From NCBI GenBank assembly GCA_964016885.1, contig OZ024741.1, positions 197,098,001-197,162,000 on the forward strand: a stretch of DNA of 64,000 nt, read 5' to 3'. Position numbers and translations under genes: made by a program. Each line of letters opens with the position of its first letter. Within the stretch, counting starts at the first letter, position 1. The notes beneath the pieces are model-generated. The model made no database searches. It saw only the letters and a program-made list of their open reading frames with translations, and was not told where the DNA came from. Shown here piece after piece: positions 10,738-21,880 of the stretch. This DNA is from Eledone cirrhosa (Eukaryota).

Positions 10738-12175
10738 AGGTCTGAAAAAAAAAAAACCTAGGGAGAGCAGCTTTAAATTTGTCAGCTTACAATCCTCAAC
10801 CTGCCAGGTGATGAGGCCTAGGCTTGACAGAGAATTCATGTGGCTGCTACTTACAAATGAGAATTGTTTCTTTTTGAGACATATAATTTTTAAAAAATAT
10901 AAATGGAAAGGCTCCCATAGATATCTCCTATTTAAAAAGAAGCTATCTTAATTTAGAATACATAAATTTGACATGTCTAAAGGTGATGCCTTTTACCTCT
11001 CACCCAACCCATATATCTCTCATTCAAACTCTCACACCATCCACCCCTTGCCTTTTGCTTTCAATCTGAATTCATGTTAACATGAAAATCACAGTGAAAA
11101 CATGATTGCTGCTGCTGCTACAGATGATGATGAATAGTATTGTTGACACTACCTCCTTGAAGTGCAAGTAAAACATTAGATTTCTATCTCTGCCATTATA
11201 GTTTCACAGACTTAATTTCTACAACGTTTAATTGTATTCAGAATTAAGACACCATAGCCTTGGCAAGCTAACTGTTTACATATGACAGAGAATGTGTAGA
11301 AGCAGTCAGTTGACACAATACCTGAAGATAGCCCAATTGAAAGAGTTCTGAAGGAAGAGAGGTACACACAGCTGATTAGATAGAGAGATATGTAACTGTC
11401 AGAAGAGATTAAGAGAAGTCTGTAAACCTTAAAATAAAAACAAATCAACAAGATACAAGATGTTGAAAACACTAAACTTTCTTTAGGGATAATTATAAAA
11501 CAACATTATAAAAATGTTACTTCAACTAACTACCTTACTTTCAAATAAATAAAAAGTGAGTTTGCACATTGATACTAAATGATGTTGCTAAGAACTACAA
11601 TAAAAAAAAAAGGGGTTCAAATCATGTTATAAACCTGGCTTCAAATAAATTAAATATTCTATTTGTGAAAAGTTGTTTTATTTCCATATCCCAAGAAAAG
11701 GTAGGAAATCACCCTGACATTGAAGAACGTGTGGTGACCCGAGAGGAGGACATTAGTTGTATTGATGAAGGATACCACCTTATTTGATATACTAGGCAAT
11801 GAAATAATTTTATAATTTATTTATGCTTTCATACAATGATTTTAATTGATTGTAATTGTCCTTCAAAGCAACTTTATAGTAAAAAACAAAAATTAATATA
11901 AAGTTAAAAAAATGTACATCCATTTCTTATTAGAATTTTAAAATCATATCGTAGCTTTTTAACTGATTAAAATTATAAAAATATTAGCTACTTTGTTAGG
12001 ACTTAATCTTTAATGTGTTAACCTTATTTCTGAAAGTAGCTTAATCTGTATAGAAGGATTGGCAACAAAATTTCAAGTAGATTTTACTCAGTTATTAATT
12101 TGATGTCTGATACAGTCATAATGGGCTTTACAACATAATAAAAAATAACTACCAAAAGAGTAAAAGAATACTCAC

Positions 12176-12280
12176 CAACATCAGGACTAGTTGCAGTAAC
12201 AGTAGGTAAATCACTAGAACCTTCTGCACCAATTAAAACCTCATTTTTTGGTAAATCCATTTCCGCCTCTTCACCAGCAC
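12176..12280 (-). CDS. Probable internal coding exon of an unidentified host gene (105 nt, phase 1-1)
   Basis: Acceptor ttttattttgcAG, open frame (G)AGEEAEMDLPKNEVLIGAEGSSDLPTVTATSPDV, donor G|GTGAGT. Length is divisible by 3 and the sequence is non-repetitive. Confidence 0.7.
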
Positions 12281-12869
12281 CTGCAAAATAAAATGCAGAA
12301 ATATGTACAATATTATAAAAAAAGATAAAGCAATACACTGAAGATAACAGGATACATATAGGTCCTTATTTTTTTAAATTTAATCCTTAAGCTATTTCAA
12401 ATGAAAAACACTTCTCTTTAGTTGAATCAATGACCGACATCCTCTGTAGTGCTGGTTACAATACAAAATCATGCTAAAAAGGGTTGAGAAGGCTTTTCCA
12501 TTGTGTCAAGGGTACTTCACTCTTGGTGGAGACATAGAGGTGCCATCCTGACACTGTATGACAAGCCTTTTAAACTAGAAGCTCATCTGTCTCCAAGTTA
12601 AAACATAGCTGATTTCTTTCAGAGAGAGAGAGACAGAGAGAGGGTGGGTGTAAGTGAGGAAGAGAGATAGGGAGGAGAGGAGGAAAGAGAGAATATTGAC
12701 CCCAGTACTGTACTGGTATTTTATTTATTGACCTCAAAAGGATGAAAGAGCTGGAACAAATACTGAAGCATTTTTAATTTGACCAATTTCCTAGATAGAC
12801 TACATGAAGGTAAAGTCTTCAATGGCTTCACAGGTTATAGAACTTCTCTTCACCATCCATATTGTTTCC

Positions 12870-15800
12870 TATAGACAATATTGTGACGGCTATGATGAAA
12901 TCCATGGACGCTATGGGTTTGGTACTAGAAATGAGGAAGGCTCCAGAATCCTGGAATTCTGTGACGCAAATAACCTAACAATCTGTAACACTAACTTCAA
13001 AAAACGAGACAATCACCTGATCACCTACAGATCAGGGGAACATACCAGCCAGGTAGATTATATCCTTACCAGAAGACGTGACAGAGTGACTGTTGTAAAC
13101 ACTAAATCCCTCCCCCATGAAGAATGCACCTCCCAACATAGACTGATAATTAGCGACCTCATAGTCAGGACGAGACGGACTCAACAGCAGAAGTGGACTA
13201 TCCTCAAGAGAAAAATATGGAAGCTAAAGGACCCCACAGCCAGAAATAAATTTCAAAGCATATTACTTGATGCTTTCGACAGTAAGGAAGAGCATTTAGA
13301 GTCGGACAATATAGAGGGACAGTGGGAATTCCTGAAAGCAAACCTGCTGATGGCGGCAGACGAAGTCTGTGGCCGGAGCAGGCCTATAGGCAGGAGGAGA
13401 GTAACATGGTGGTGGAACAGTAAGGTGGAGGAGTCGATTAAGGCCAAACAGCAGGCTTGGAAAATATGGCGGGATGGGGGAAGTAGAGAAGACTATCAAG
13501 TGGCCAGGAGGGAAGCTAGGAGACAAGTGTACTTCGCAAGAAGGGAAGCAGAGGAAAGAAAGTTCAAGCATGTTCTACAACGCGAGGACCAAAAACGTGA
13601 GGTGTTCAGGATTGCTAGGCAATGTGTCAAGGAAAACCGTGATATTGTTGGGGAGAAGTGTGTACTAAATGATGATGGCGTACTCGCCATCACTGACGCT
13701 GATAAGAAGGTCGCTTGGAAGTGTCACTACGAGAGGCTACTAAATGAGGAGAATAAATGGGAGAAGGATAGTCTCCCCCAGATCGATCCAATAGAGGGAC
13801 CAGCAGTGTTAGTTGAAGGTAGTATAATAAGTAAGGCAATCAAAGATATGAAGACGGGTAAGGCGGCTGGGCCTTCGGAAATAGTTGCTGAGATGCTGAA
13901 GGCCTCTAGAACGGTGGGACACACCATGGTCACCCGGATAGTAAACCAAGTCATACAGAATGGGGTTGTTCCGAAGGACTGGCGTAGCAGCATCATCATT
14001 AACTGTTACAAGGGTAAAGGAGACGCCCTAGATAGGAGTAACTATAGAGGGATTAAATTAATCGACCAGGTCATGAAGGTCACGGAAAAAGTAATAGTGC
14101 AACTAATCAGAGAGAGAATCGATCTAGATGAAATGCAGTTCAGGTTTGTGTCAGGCAAAAGTACCACAGACGCTATTTTCATTGTACGACAACTACAGGA
14201 GAAGTACCTAACTAAAAGTAAACCCCTATACTTAGCCTTTGTCGACTTGGAGAAAGCCTTTGACAGAGTCCCCCGTTCCATTATCTGGTGGGCTCTTAGA
14301 AAACTAGGTGTTGACGAATGGCTTGTGAGAGCTATACAAGCCATGTATAAAGAAACAGTGAGCAAGGTTAGAATTAACAACGAATATAGTGAAGAGTTTA
14401 GCGTAAAAGTTGGTGTCCATCAGGGCTCTGTTCTTAGCCCCCTACTATTCATTATTGCTCTTCAGGCTATAACAGAGGAGTTCAAGACCGGCTGCCCATG
14501 GGAACTCCTATACGCAGATGACCTAACGCTCATAGCTGAATCAATGGCCGAGCTAGAGAAGAAATTCCAAACATGGAAGCACGGCCTAGAATCAAAAGGC
14601 CTTAAAATTAACATGGCTAAGACTAAAGTTCTAGTTTGTAGGAAAGAAAATAAGGTGCCGGTCCCTTCCAGGAAATGGCCATGCTCAGTGTGTAGGAAAG
14701 GCGTAGGTAGAAACTCCATTCTATGTCCCAAATGCAAAGTATGGGTGCATGTAGTGGGATCACAGGTAAGCTAACTAAGAACACAGATTTTACATGTGGC
14801 CGGTGCTCTGGTGCAATAAGTAGCAGCAAGTGCCCACAAAATACTAGCTCTTTCAACTGCGCAGAGGGTTCTATAGAAATAGTGGACAGCTTCCGTTACC
14901 TGGGTGACAAAATCAGCAGTGGGGGAGGGTGCTCCGAAAGTACAGTAGCTAGAGTCAGAACTGGATGGAAAAAGTTCAGAGAGCTTATACCACTAAAAAT
15001 GAAAGGCAGGTTGTATGATGCCTGCATACGAACAGCAATGTTGCATGGCAGTGAGACCTGGGCATTGTGTGCAGAGGATATACGCAGACTAGAGAGGAAC
15101 GAAGCTTGCATGCTCCGCTGGATGTGTAATAGTAATATACGCGAACGGCAAAGCATAAACGAACTAAGGAAAAAGTTAGAAATAAGAGGGATCAGATGTT
15201 GTTTACTCGAGAGAAGGCTACGTTGGTATGGTCACGTGATGCGCATGAAAGACGACAGGACAATAAAGATAGACGGTAGCCACGGAGTAGGCAGACCCAG
15301 AAAAACCTGGGACGAGCTGATAAATTCCGACCTCACACACTTACACCTCTCCAAGACAATGTCACTGGACCAAGAGCTTTGGCGGTACTCAGTAATAAAG
15401 ACCCGCGTTACCTAAATACAAAGTAAAACCTACTACAGTCAGTAGGCATCTCTAACAAAATACACCCCCCCGTCCCACCACCCCCACCCCATCCACACCG
15501 CCCCTTTCAATGTAAAGTTATGTTGGTGCCACAAAATCCAGACCGAAACAAATGAGATCGTGTAGGTGTCACGACAAAAAAAACACACAGTCCACGCTGT
15601 AATGTGACCGTGTAGGCAACACGGTAAAAACCTCCCAGTCCCACACTGTAAATGTGGTTGGTGTTAGGAAGGGCATCCAGCTGTAGAAAACCTGCCAGAC
15701 AGTCCACGCTGTAATGTGGCCGTGTAGGCAACACGGTAAAAACCTCCCAGCCCCACACTGTAAATGTGGTTGGTGTTAGGAAGGGCATCCAACTGTAGAA

Positions 15801-15927
15801 AACCCGCCAGACAGTCCTATGCGAGCAAGACAACCACTCTTGCCTCAAGTGGGAAAACTCCCGTCCAAACCCATGCAAGCATGGAACACGGACGTTAAAC
15901 GACGATGATGATGATGATGATGATGAT
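12870..15927 (+). mobile_element. RTE-clade LINE copy B, 5'-truncated: endonuclease C-terminus, RT, PHD-like finger; frameshift near 14750
   Basis: SQVDYIL...SQHRL (APE endonuclease end), NYRGIKL, FVDLEKAFD, GVHQGSVLSP, YADD. The 3' UTR has an ~110-bp tandem duplication. (GAT)n tail. Confidence 0.97.
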
Positions 15928-16107
15928 TATGGAGGGGTGTGGGACACAGCTGAAAAACCTTAGTATTAAATTACAAAATTTAACCCTTTTGCTATCAACC
16001 TGCCTGAAATTGCTCCTGGTTTTATGATACAGAACTTTTTATTTTAAGGTGTTTATATTTATCTAAAAACATTCATCATAATTTTATGTAAGAACATTTG
16101 TTAAATT

Positions 16108-16606
16108 ATAATAATAATAATAATAATGAAATTATTGTGTAAAGTGCTCAGGTGCACTACAACTCGTCAATATAGTACATAGAATAATACACAAATGCCA
16201 GGGAAGTACATGTTTGTATGTGTTAGCTGTAGTGTTGGCGGATCTCGGGAAGCATGGAGGCCTTAAAGGATGCAGTGTCTCGACAGCTAACAACTGATGC
16301 AGGTAGTTTGTTCCATGCTTCAGCAACTCTGAGCGTGAAAAAATGTTTCCGAAAGTCATGGGAACTGTGCTGTTTTCTTACTTTGTGGGCATGTCCACGT
16401 GTGTTAGACACATGGAAATCGAAAAGGCACTCAGGGTTGTTGTTGGCAACATGGTTAACAATTTTGTGGGTATTTACCAAGTCAGTTGCCAGGCGTCGGA
16501 GCTTCAATGAATCCATGCCCAGGGAAGCAAGGCGCTCAGAGTATGGTAGATGCCTGATGGAGGGTATTCGCTTGGTTGCACGTCTCTGAACAGTTTCCAG
16601 GCTTTT
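16108..16606 (-). mobile_element. CR1-like LINE 3' end with (ATT)n tail
   Basis: LETVQRRATK...YSERL..LGMDSLKLRR...TRGH..K...RKHFFTLRVAEAWNKLP is a typical CR1-type ORF2 C-terminus. Confidence 0.9.
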
Positions 16607-16629
16607 TATTTTATGTTTCAAATATCAGA

Positions 16630-16846
16630 TTAATAATGGTCTCTGATTTAGGGACAAGGCCGACAATTTGGGGAAGGAGAAAGTTGATTAAATCGACTCC
16701 AGTGCGTTACTGGTACTTTATTTTATTGACCCAATAAGGATGAAAGGCAATGCTAACTTCAGCAGGATTTAAACTCAGAACATAATGGGACATAACTATA
16801 TACTGCAAAGCATGTTGTCCAAGACTCTACTGATACTGCTAATCCA
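16630..16846 (-). mobile_element. SINE family 1 relative with flanking direct repeat ATCAGATTAATAATGGT
   Basis: Family body on the minus strand. 17-bp repeat at ~16624 and ~16847. Confidence 0.8.
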
Positions 16847-16866
16847 TCAGATTAATAATGGTTTCT

Positions 16867-17184
16867 GTGATGTGTTGTTTCCTTGAGCAAGACACTTTAT
16901 TTCATATTGCTCCAGTTTACTCAGCTGCAGAAATGAGATGATAGGGACTGAGGTTCCTATCATTCCACTGCAAAGTGGTTGTGGCGGTGCCATGGCAAAA
17001 AAGCACCCAGCACTCACTGTAAACTGGACGTGTAGGCGCCACGAAAAAAAAAAAGCACCCAGCACTCACTGTAAATGAGGTTGGTGTTAGGAAGGGCATC
17101 CAGCTGTAGAAATCAAGCCAGAATCAGTTCCCGTCCCACCCTTGCAAGCAGGAAAAAGCGGACGTAAAATGATGAAAATGATGA
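16867..17184 (+). mobile_element. 5'-truncated SINE with CORE-like segment and RTE-derived 3' tail
   Basis: Nearly identical to 36745-37003. Its tail matches the 3' UTR of RTE copy C. Confidence 0.85.
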
Positions 17185-17186
17185 AT

Positions 17187-17700
17187 ACTGGCACAAGGCC
17201 AGCAATTTAGGGAAGAAGAGGAAGTTAATTATATCGATCCTAGTACTTGATTGGTACTTTATTTTAATAACCCTGGAAGGATCTATGGCAAAGTTTGCCT
17301 TAGAAAGTATAGAGCTAGAACATTTACCACTAAGCATTTGTGTGGTACTCAATCTGGTGCTGAAAATATGAAATTGGTAAAGTTAATCATATTACTAAAT
17401 ATTTTAAAATAGTGGATTATTTTCCACATTATTAGAAAACCCACTGACAGTGATTTTTTAAAAATGAGAAATAAGGTAATGAACGGGTTAAACATGTCTT
17501 ATTTGGAATATTGATCTCTAATTTAGGTACAAGACCAGCAATTTTGAGGGGATAATATTGAACCCAATGCATTATGGTACTATGTTTTATCAACCCCTTG
17601 AGGATGAAAGGTAAAGTTGACCTAAATGTAATTAGAATTCAGAAGGTAATGAGCCATGACTAAATGCAGCTAAGCATTTGTCCGACACTAACAACTCTGC
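17187..17700 (-). mobile_element. Two diverged SINE family 1 copies (~17187-17340 and ~17517-17700)
   Basis: GGCACAAGGCCAGCAATTT...TGGTACTTTATTTT...AGGATGAAAGGTAAAGTTGAC motifs. Confidence 0.7.
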
Positions 17701-18647
17701 CCTCAACACTAGATTAAAAATGAGAAAATAAATTAAGTTACTGAATGAGAAAATTAATTCTATTCCAAATAGTGGTTTCTTTTTTAAATTATTAGAAAAA
17801 TCATAGATATTGTTTTTCATTAGAAATATGATAGTGTTAGACATGTTATTTAGAATATTGTTTGGAAATAGTTACTACCAGTTGCTTTCTTCATCATCAT
17901 CGTTTAACCTCCATGTTTGCATGGGTTAGATGGGTTATCATATTATAAGACAAGTCAGGTTCGGAGACCATGTCATGATCACAAGGATATGTATTTTGGC
18001 TTGGCTTCTACAGCCGGGTGCTTTTCCTAACACCAGCTATGTTACAGAGTTGAGTGAGTGCTTTTGATCATGGCATCAAAATGATGACCTTACAGGGTGG
18101 ACTGGGTGCTGAATTACAGGTACAACTTATTTTTGATATCTGATTAAACTGGAGCAAACCGAAAATATAATGTATTGCTCAAGAACATAATGTGCTACCC
18201 AGATCTGGAAATCACACTCACAAACCTGACCACAAGCCTAGCAACCAAAATACTAAGCTACATGGCTTCATTACTATTTACTAATGAAATGAAAATGAAT
18301 AATTTCATCAAACAAATAATTGATATCTTCAATACTGGTTGTTTTAATAGAGTCATAAAAGTCTGACTCAATAAACTTATCAGACTACTGGCAAACAGTT
18401 GTCAATTATATGAAAGAACTCACCACTGTAAAAAACATAGGAGCCCCTTTGCAATTGCACGCCAAATAAGTCTATGTAGTCACTAGTCTTACTAGAAATA
18501 GCAGTCAAATCTTCAACAAATCACACTCTACTATCTTGTATAAGGAAAGGACACATCTAAACTATAATAAAGGTCTGCGGGACTGCATACGGGTTTTTTT
18601 TTTTTTATCCCGTTAGTAAAATAAGTTGGATTACTTTGAATAAATAA

Positions 18648-18833
18648 TTGTTTCTACTTTTGGCACAAGGCCAGAAATTACCCAGTGCATTACTGGTACT
18701 TTATTTTATCGACCGCGTAAGGATGAAAGGCAAAGTCAACCTCGGCGGGATTTGAACTCAGATCATAAAGGGGCGTAACTATGCTGGAAAGCATGGCGTC
18801 CGACCCTCTACCGATACTGCCAATCCACCGCCC
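18648..18833 (-). mobile_element. SINE family 1, full length, with target-site duplication
   Basis: TTACTTTGAATAAATAAT at 18631 and 18834. A- and B-box-like motifs intact. Confidence 0.92.
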
Positions 18834-19253
18834 TTACTTTGAATAAATAATGAATGAATATTACATAATTTATCTACTAAATTTTGTAAACAAAAAATAA
18901 TTTCATAAAAATAAATAATTTAAAATTGACTTCTTTTCAAAGTTGCACTTCCTGTATATCGTTGCCACCACCACCACCACTTCAACTACCATATATATAT
19001 AGAAAGAGAGAGTGTGTGATGTCAACACTTCCGGTGGCGATCACTTAAATAAACATACTCATTTTCTCCTAATGTAGTTTATATATAATATCACCTTTTT
19101 TTAATGTATCATGGATTACGTTACTGATTACATAAGGCTGTAACAACGTCTTCGTTCAATTTCTGTTTATATTGTCAATTACGATTTTATTTGATCTATC
19201 ATATCTACATGTATATATACTTGCGTATAATATCAATATACACACTACACATG

Positions 19254-19292
19254 CTAGCAGAAAACCACCCGCAGGGTGGTTTTTCTGCTAGT
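19254..19292. repeat. Hairpin bounded by CTAG (Helitron-type 3' terminus, or two fused ends)
   Basis: CTAGCAGAAAACCACCC GCA GGGTGGTTTTTCTGCTAG T. Confidence 0.5.
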
Positions 19293-19502
19293 TATAGATA
19301 ATGAAGCTGTAGATAACTCTGAAAAGGTGGGATAGTTGCAACTTCATTCATCATGAGTCTGCTTGATTCAATGTTGAGTTCAAGCAGTAATATAGTTTTG
19401 AAGAAGGTCCTGGAAAGTCACTCTAATAATTAACTTCAGCCCCTAATTGCCTAGGTCATCTTTACTATTAGATAAAATTACTAATTCTGATTTAAGCTGT
19501 AC

Positions 19503-19722
19503 ATAATGGTTTCTAATTTATACAAAAAGCTAGCAGTTTGAAAGGAGAGGAGAGTTGATTAAATCAATCACAGGCCTTAACTTGTACTTTACTTTAGTGA
19601 CCCTGAAAGGATGAAAAGCTAAGTTGACCTCAATAAGATTTGAACTCAGAATGTAAAGTGCCATTACTAGGAGCCATAAAACATTTTGTCCAATACTTTG
19701 CTGTTACTAGCAATCCACTTCC
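19503..19722 (-). mobile_element. SINE family 1 relative, diverged
   Basis: GACCCTGAAAGGATGAAAAGCTAAGTTGACCTC...TTTGAACTCAGAATG. Confidence 0.7.
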
Positions 19723-20042
19723 CTTAAGCTATATATAGTAGCTTATGTGTCACTGTGCATGCCATGTTCATCAAACCAACAATGTAAATTCACCTACCAC
19801 TAGGCAGATATCTTACTTGGTTACAAAAGATTTCAGCACAGCTTGTCTTTTCAGGTACTAAACAAGATTTTTAAAAAAATATATCAACTGAAAGTTCACT
19901 GACAAATATGGCAGTACGTCAAAAGTCATTATATTGATGTTTAAAATTCTTTTTTATATTGATTTATCTGTCCAAAAGTCTCACACTTTTGCTTTGTTTC
20001 TTCAGTGAAGGAGTTTGTTTCAATAGGTTTTGTAAATGATAA

Positions 20043-20046
<4 letters not shown>

Positions 20047-20098
<52 letters not shown>
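20047..20098. repeat. (TA)n microsatellite
   Basis: Direct reading. Confidence 0.95.
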
Positions 20099-20101
<3 letters not shown>

Positions 20102-20700
20102 TTGAGGTAAACAAGACTGTAAATGTGTATACAAATTTACAAATTTTTATTTTAGAATATAGACATGAAAACATACCAAATATATATATTCCCAAGTAAA
20201 TTAAAGAAACAAATAACTTTAATCAATTTTCAAACCTCATTGCGTTCTCATCAGAAGGTATGTATATTATCTAAACAACCACAAGGAAATACAAAACAGA
20301 GTAAATTATATACCCTATCACTTATAGTAGTATCCTGAAAAGTTGTACTAATTTGCATAAAATTAGTGAACATACTATTAGCTGATAATCTGGGGGAGAT
20401 GGGGTTCGATTCCTCGTAGTGGTCAATGGCAACTTTTTCCATCTTTAAAAGTCTTCACTCTATTTTATAGCATTTCCACACATGAGCACACCATTCTTTA
20501 TGTTAAGATATATATTGAGCTGTGTGCTAAGCAGCCAAAGTATACAATAAAGTTACATGTGTATTATATACACAGATGTAACTTTATTGTATACAATATA
20601 GAAGTAACCAAGACTGTAAATGGGTATATAGATTTACACATATTTTAATATTTAGACAAATAAACATACCAAATATACGTATTTCTCTGTAAATTGAAGC
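20099..20700 (-). mobile_element. Penelope-like remnant with two diverged direct copies of its 3' end (~20100-20205 and ~20597-20700)
   Basis: CAAGACTGTAAATG.GTATA...AACATACCAAATATA occurs twice. Ends at (TA)n. Minimal hammerhead at 20217-20257 and a short hairpin at ~20541-20593. Confidence 0.6.
20217..20257 (-). ncRNA. Minimal type I hammerhead, canonical core
   Basis: Reverse complement reads CTT CTGATGA GAAC gcaatgag GTTT GAAA A TTGA TTA AAG. Confidence 0.7.
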
Positions 20701-20802
20701 GTTAGTGCCATAAAGTAACAGATGGAGTGTTAATGTCAAAGTGACAGAAACAGTAACACAAACTAAATGTCATACAGTTTTAAATTTCATCTCTCTCTAC
20801 AA

Positions 20803-21880
20803 CTTCGCCCACTTGTTCCCGAGAGGGTCATTGGGGCAGAGTCCTCAAATACTCCTTCCAGCGGGTCCTGTCAGAAGCAGCCGTCTCCAACTGATCCAGC
20901 TGGATCCCTAAGTGAGACCAGCTCATGAATGTTATCCAATCATCTTGCTCGGGGTCTACGAGTAGGTCTCCTGCCTGCTGGTTTTGCCCGTAAAATCTGT
21001 CCAACGCTTTTTTCCTGAGACATTCTAACCACATGCCCATAGTATTGGAGCTGTGATCTCTGAATTCAGAGAAGTAGCGGCTCTACCTGTAGTGACTCTT
21101 TGATCTCTGAGTTACGCACTTTATCGAGTAACGTAACTTCAAAGACCCTTCAGAGAAACACCATTTTGGCCGCTTGTATCCACGATTGTATTCTTTCGGA
21201 ATTACCCAAGATTCATGACCATAGGTAAGAGTTGGCATGAATACTGAATTGAGTTTGGCTTTTACGTCTACCTCCCTTCTGATTACCAAATCCTGAAGCT
21301 GGCGCATTACTGTACCAGCTTTTGCAATTCTTGCACTTAATTCAGCCTCCTGCCTTCCATTACTTGTGAACACGGCCCCGAGATACTTGAACTTCTCTAC
21401 CTGCTTCAGTGAAACTCCATTCACATGGAGAGTGCACTGCACAGGCTTCCTTGAGAGGATGAGTGTCTCAGTTTTTGCAGCACTGATTTTCATTCCAGCC
21501 AAGCAGCACTCGGCATCAAACCAATCCAGTGCAAGTCAGAGATCATCTTCTGCCGAGTCAAGTAACACCATGTCATCTGCAAATTCCAGTCAACTGATTT
21601 TACACCCACCAGTCATGATACCCCTTCCAACTCAGCTGTGCATGTCAATCCTGTTCATGTAAACAATGAACAGGAGAGGTGACAGTATGCACCCTTGGCA
21701 GAGTTCGACTCCCACATCGAATGGTTTCGATTTAGCACCATTTATCCGAACACAAATACTCGGGCATTTTATAGAGACATCAGGGCAGCAAGAAGCTGAC
21801 CACCGATCCCATACTCCTGTACAACATTCCACAGCAGGTCCCAAGGAATGTGATCATATGCCTTTTCAAGGTTGACAATA
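20803..21880 (-). mobile_element. Rex3/Expander-like RTE LINE, decayed 3' portion
   Basis: LCQGCILSPLLFIVYM; MKISAAKTETLILSRK...KQVEKFKYLGAVFTSNGRQE...PTLTYGHESWV. Multiple frameshifts. Confidence 0.85.

Noticed and set aside
12804-14774. Intact or domesticated reverse-transcriptase gene
   Set aside because: The ATG and first ~22 codons are flanking DNA, the endonuclease is 5'-truncated, and the C-terminus is frameshifted.
19816-19890. Candidate small minus-strand exon; a similar acceptor-like site lies at ~40882
   Set aside because: Splice-like motifs are common in AT-rich DNA, and the frames are short or ambiguous with no independent support.
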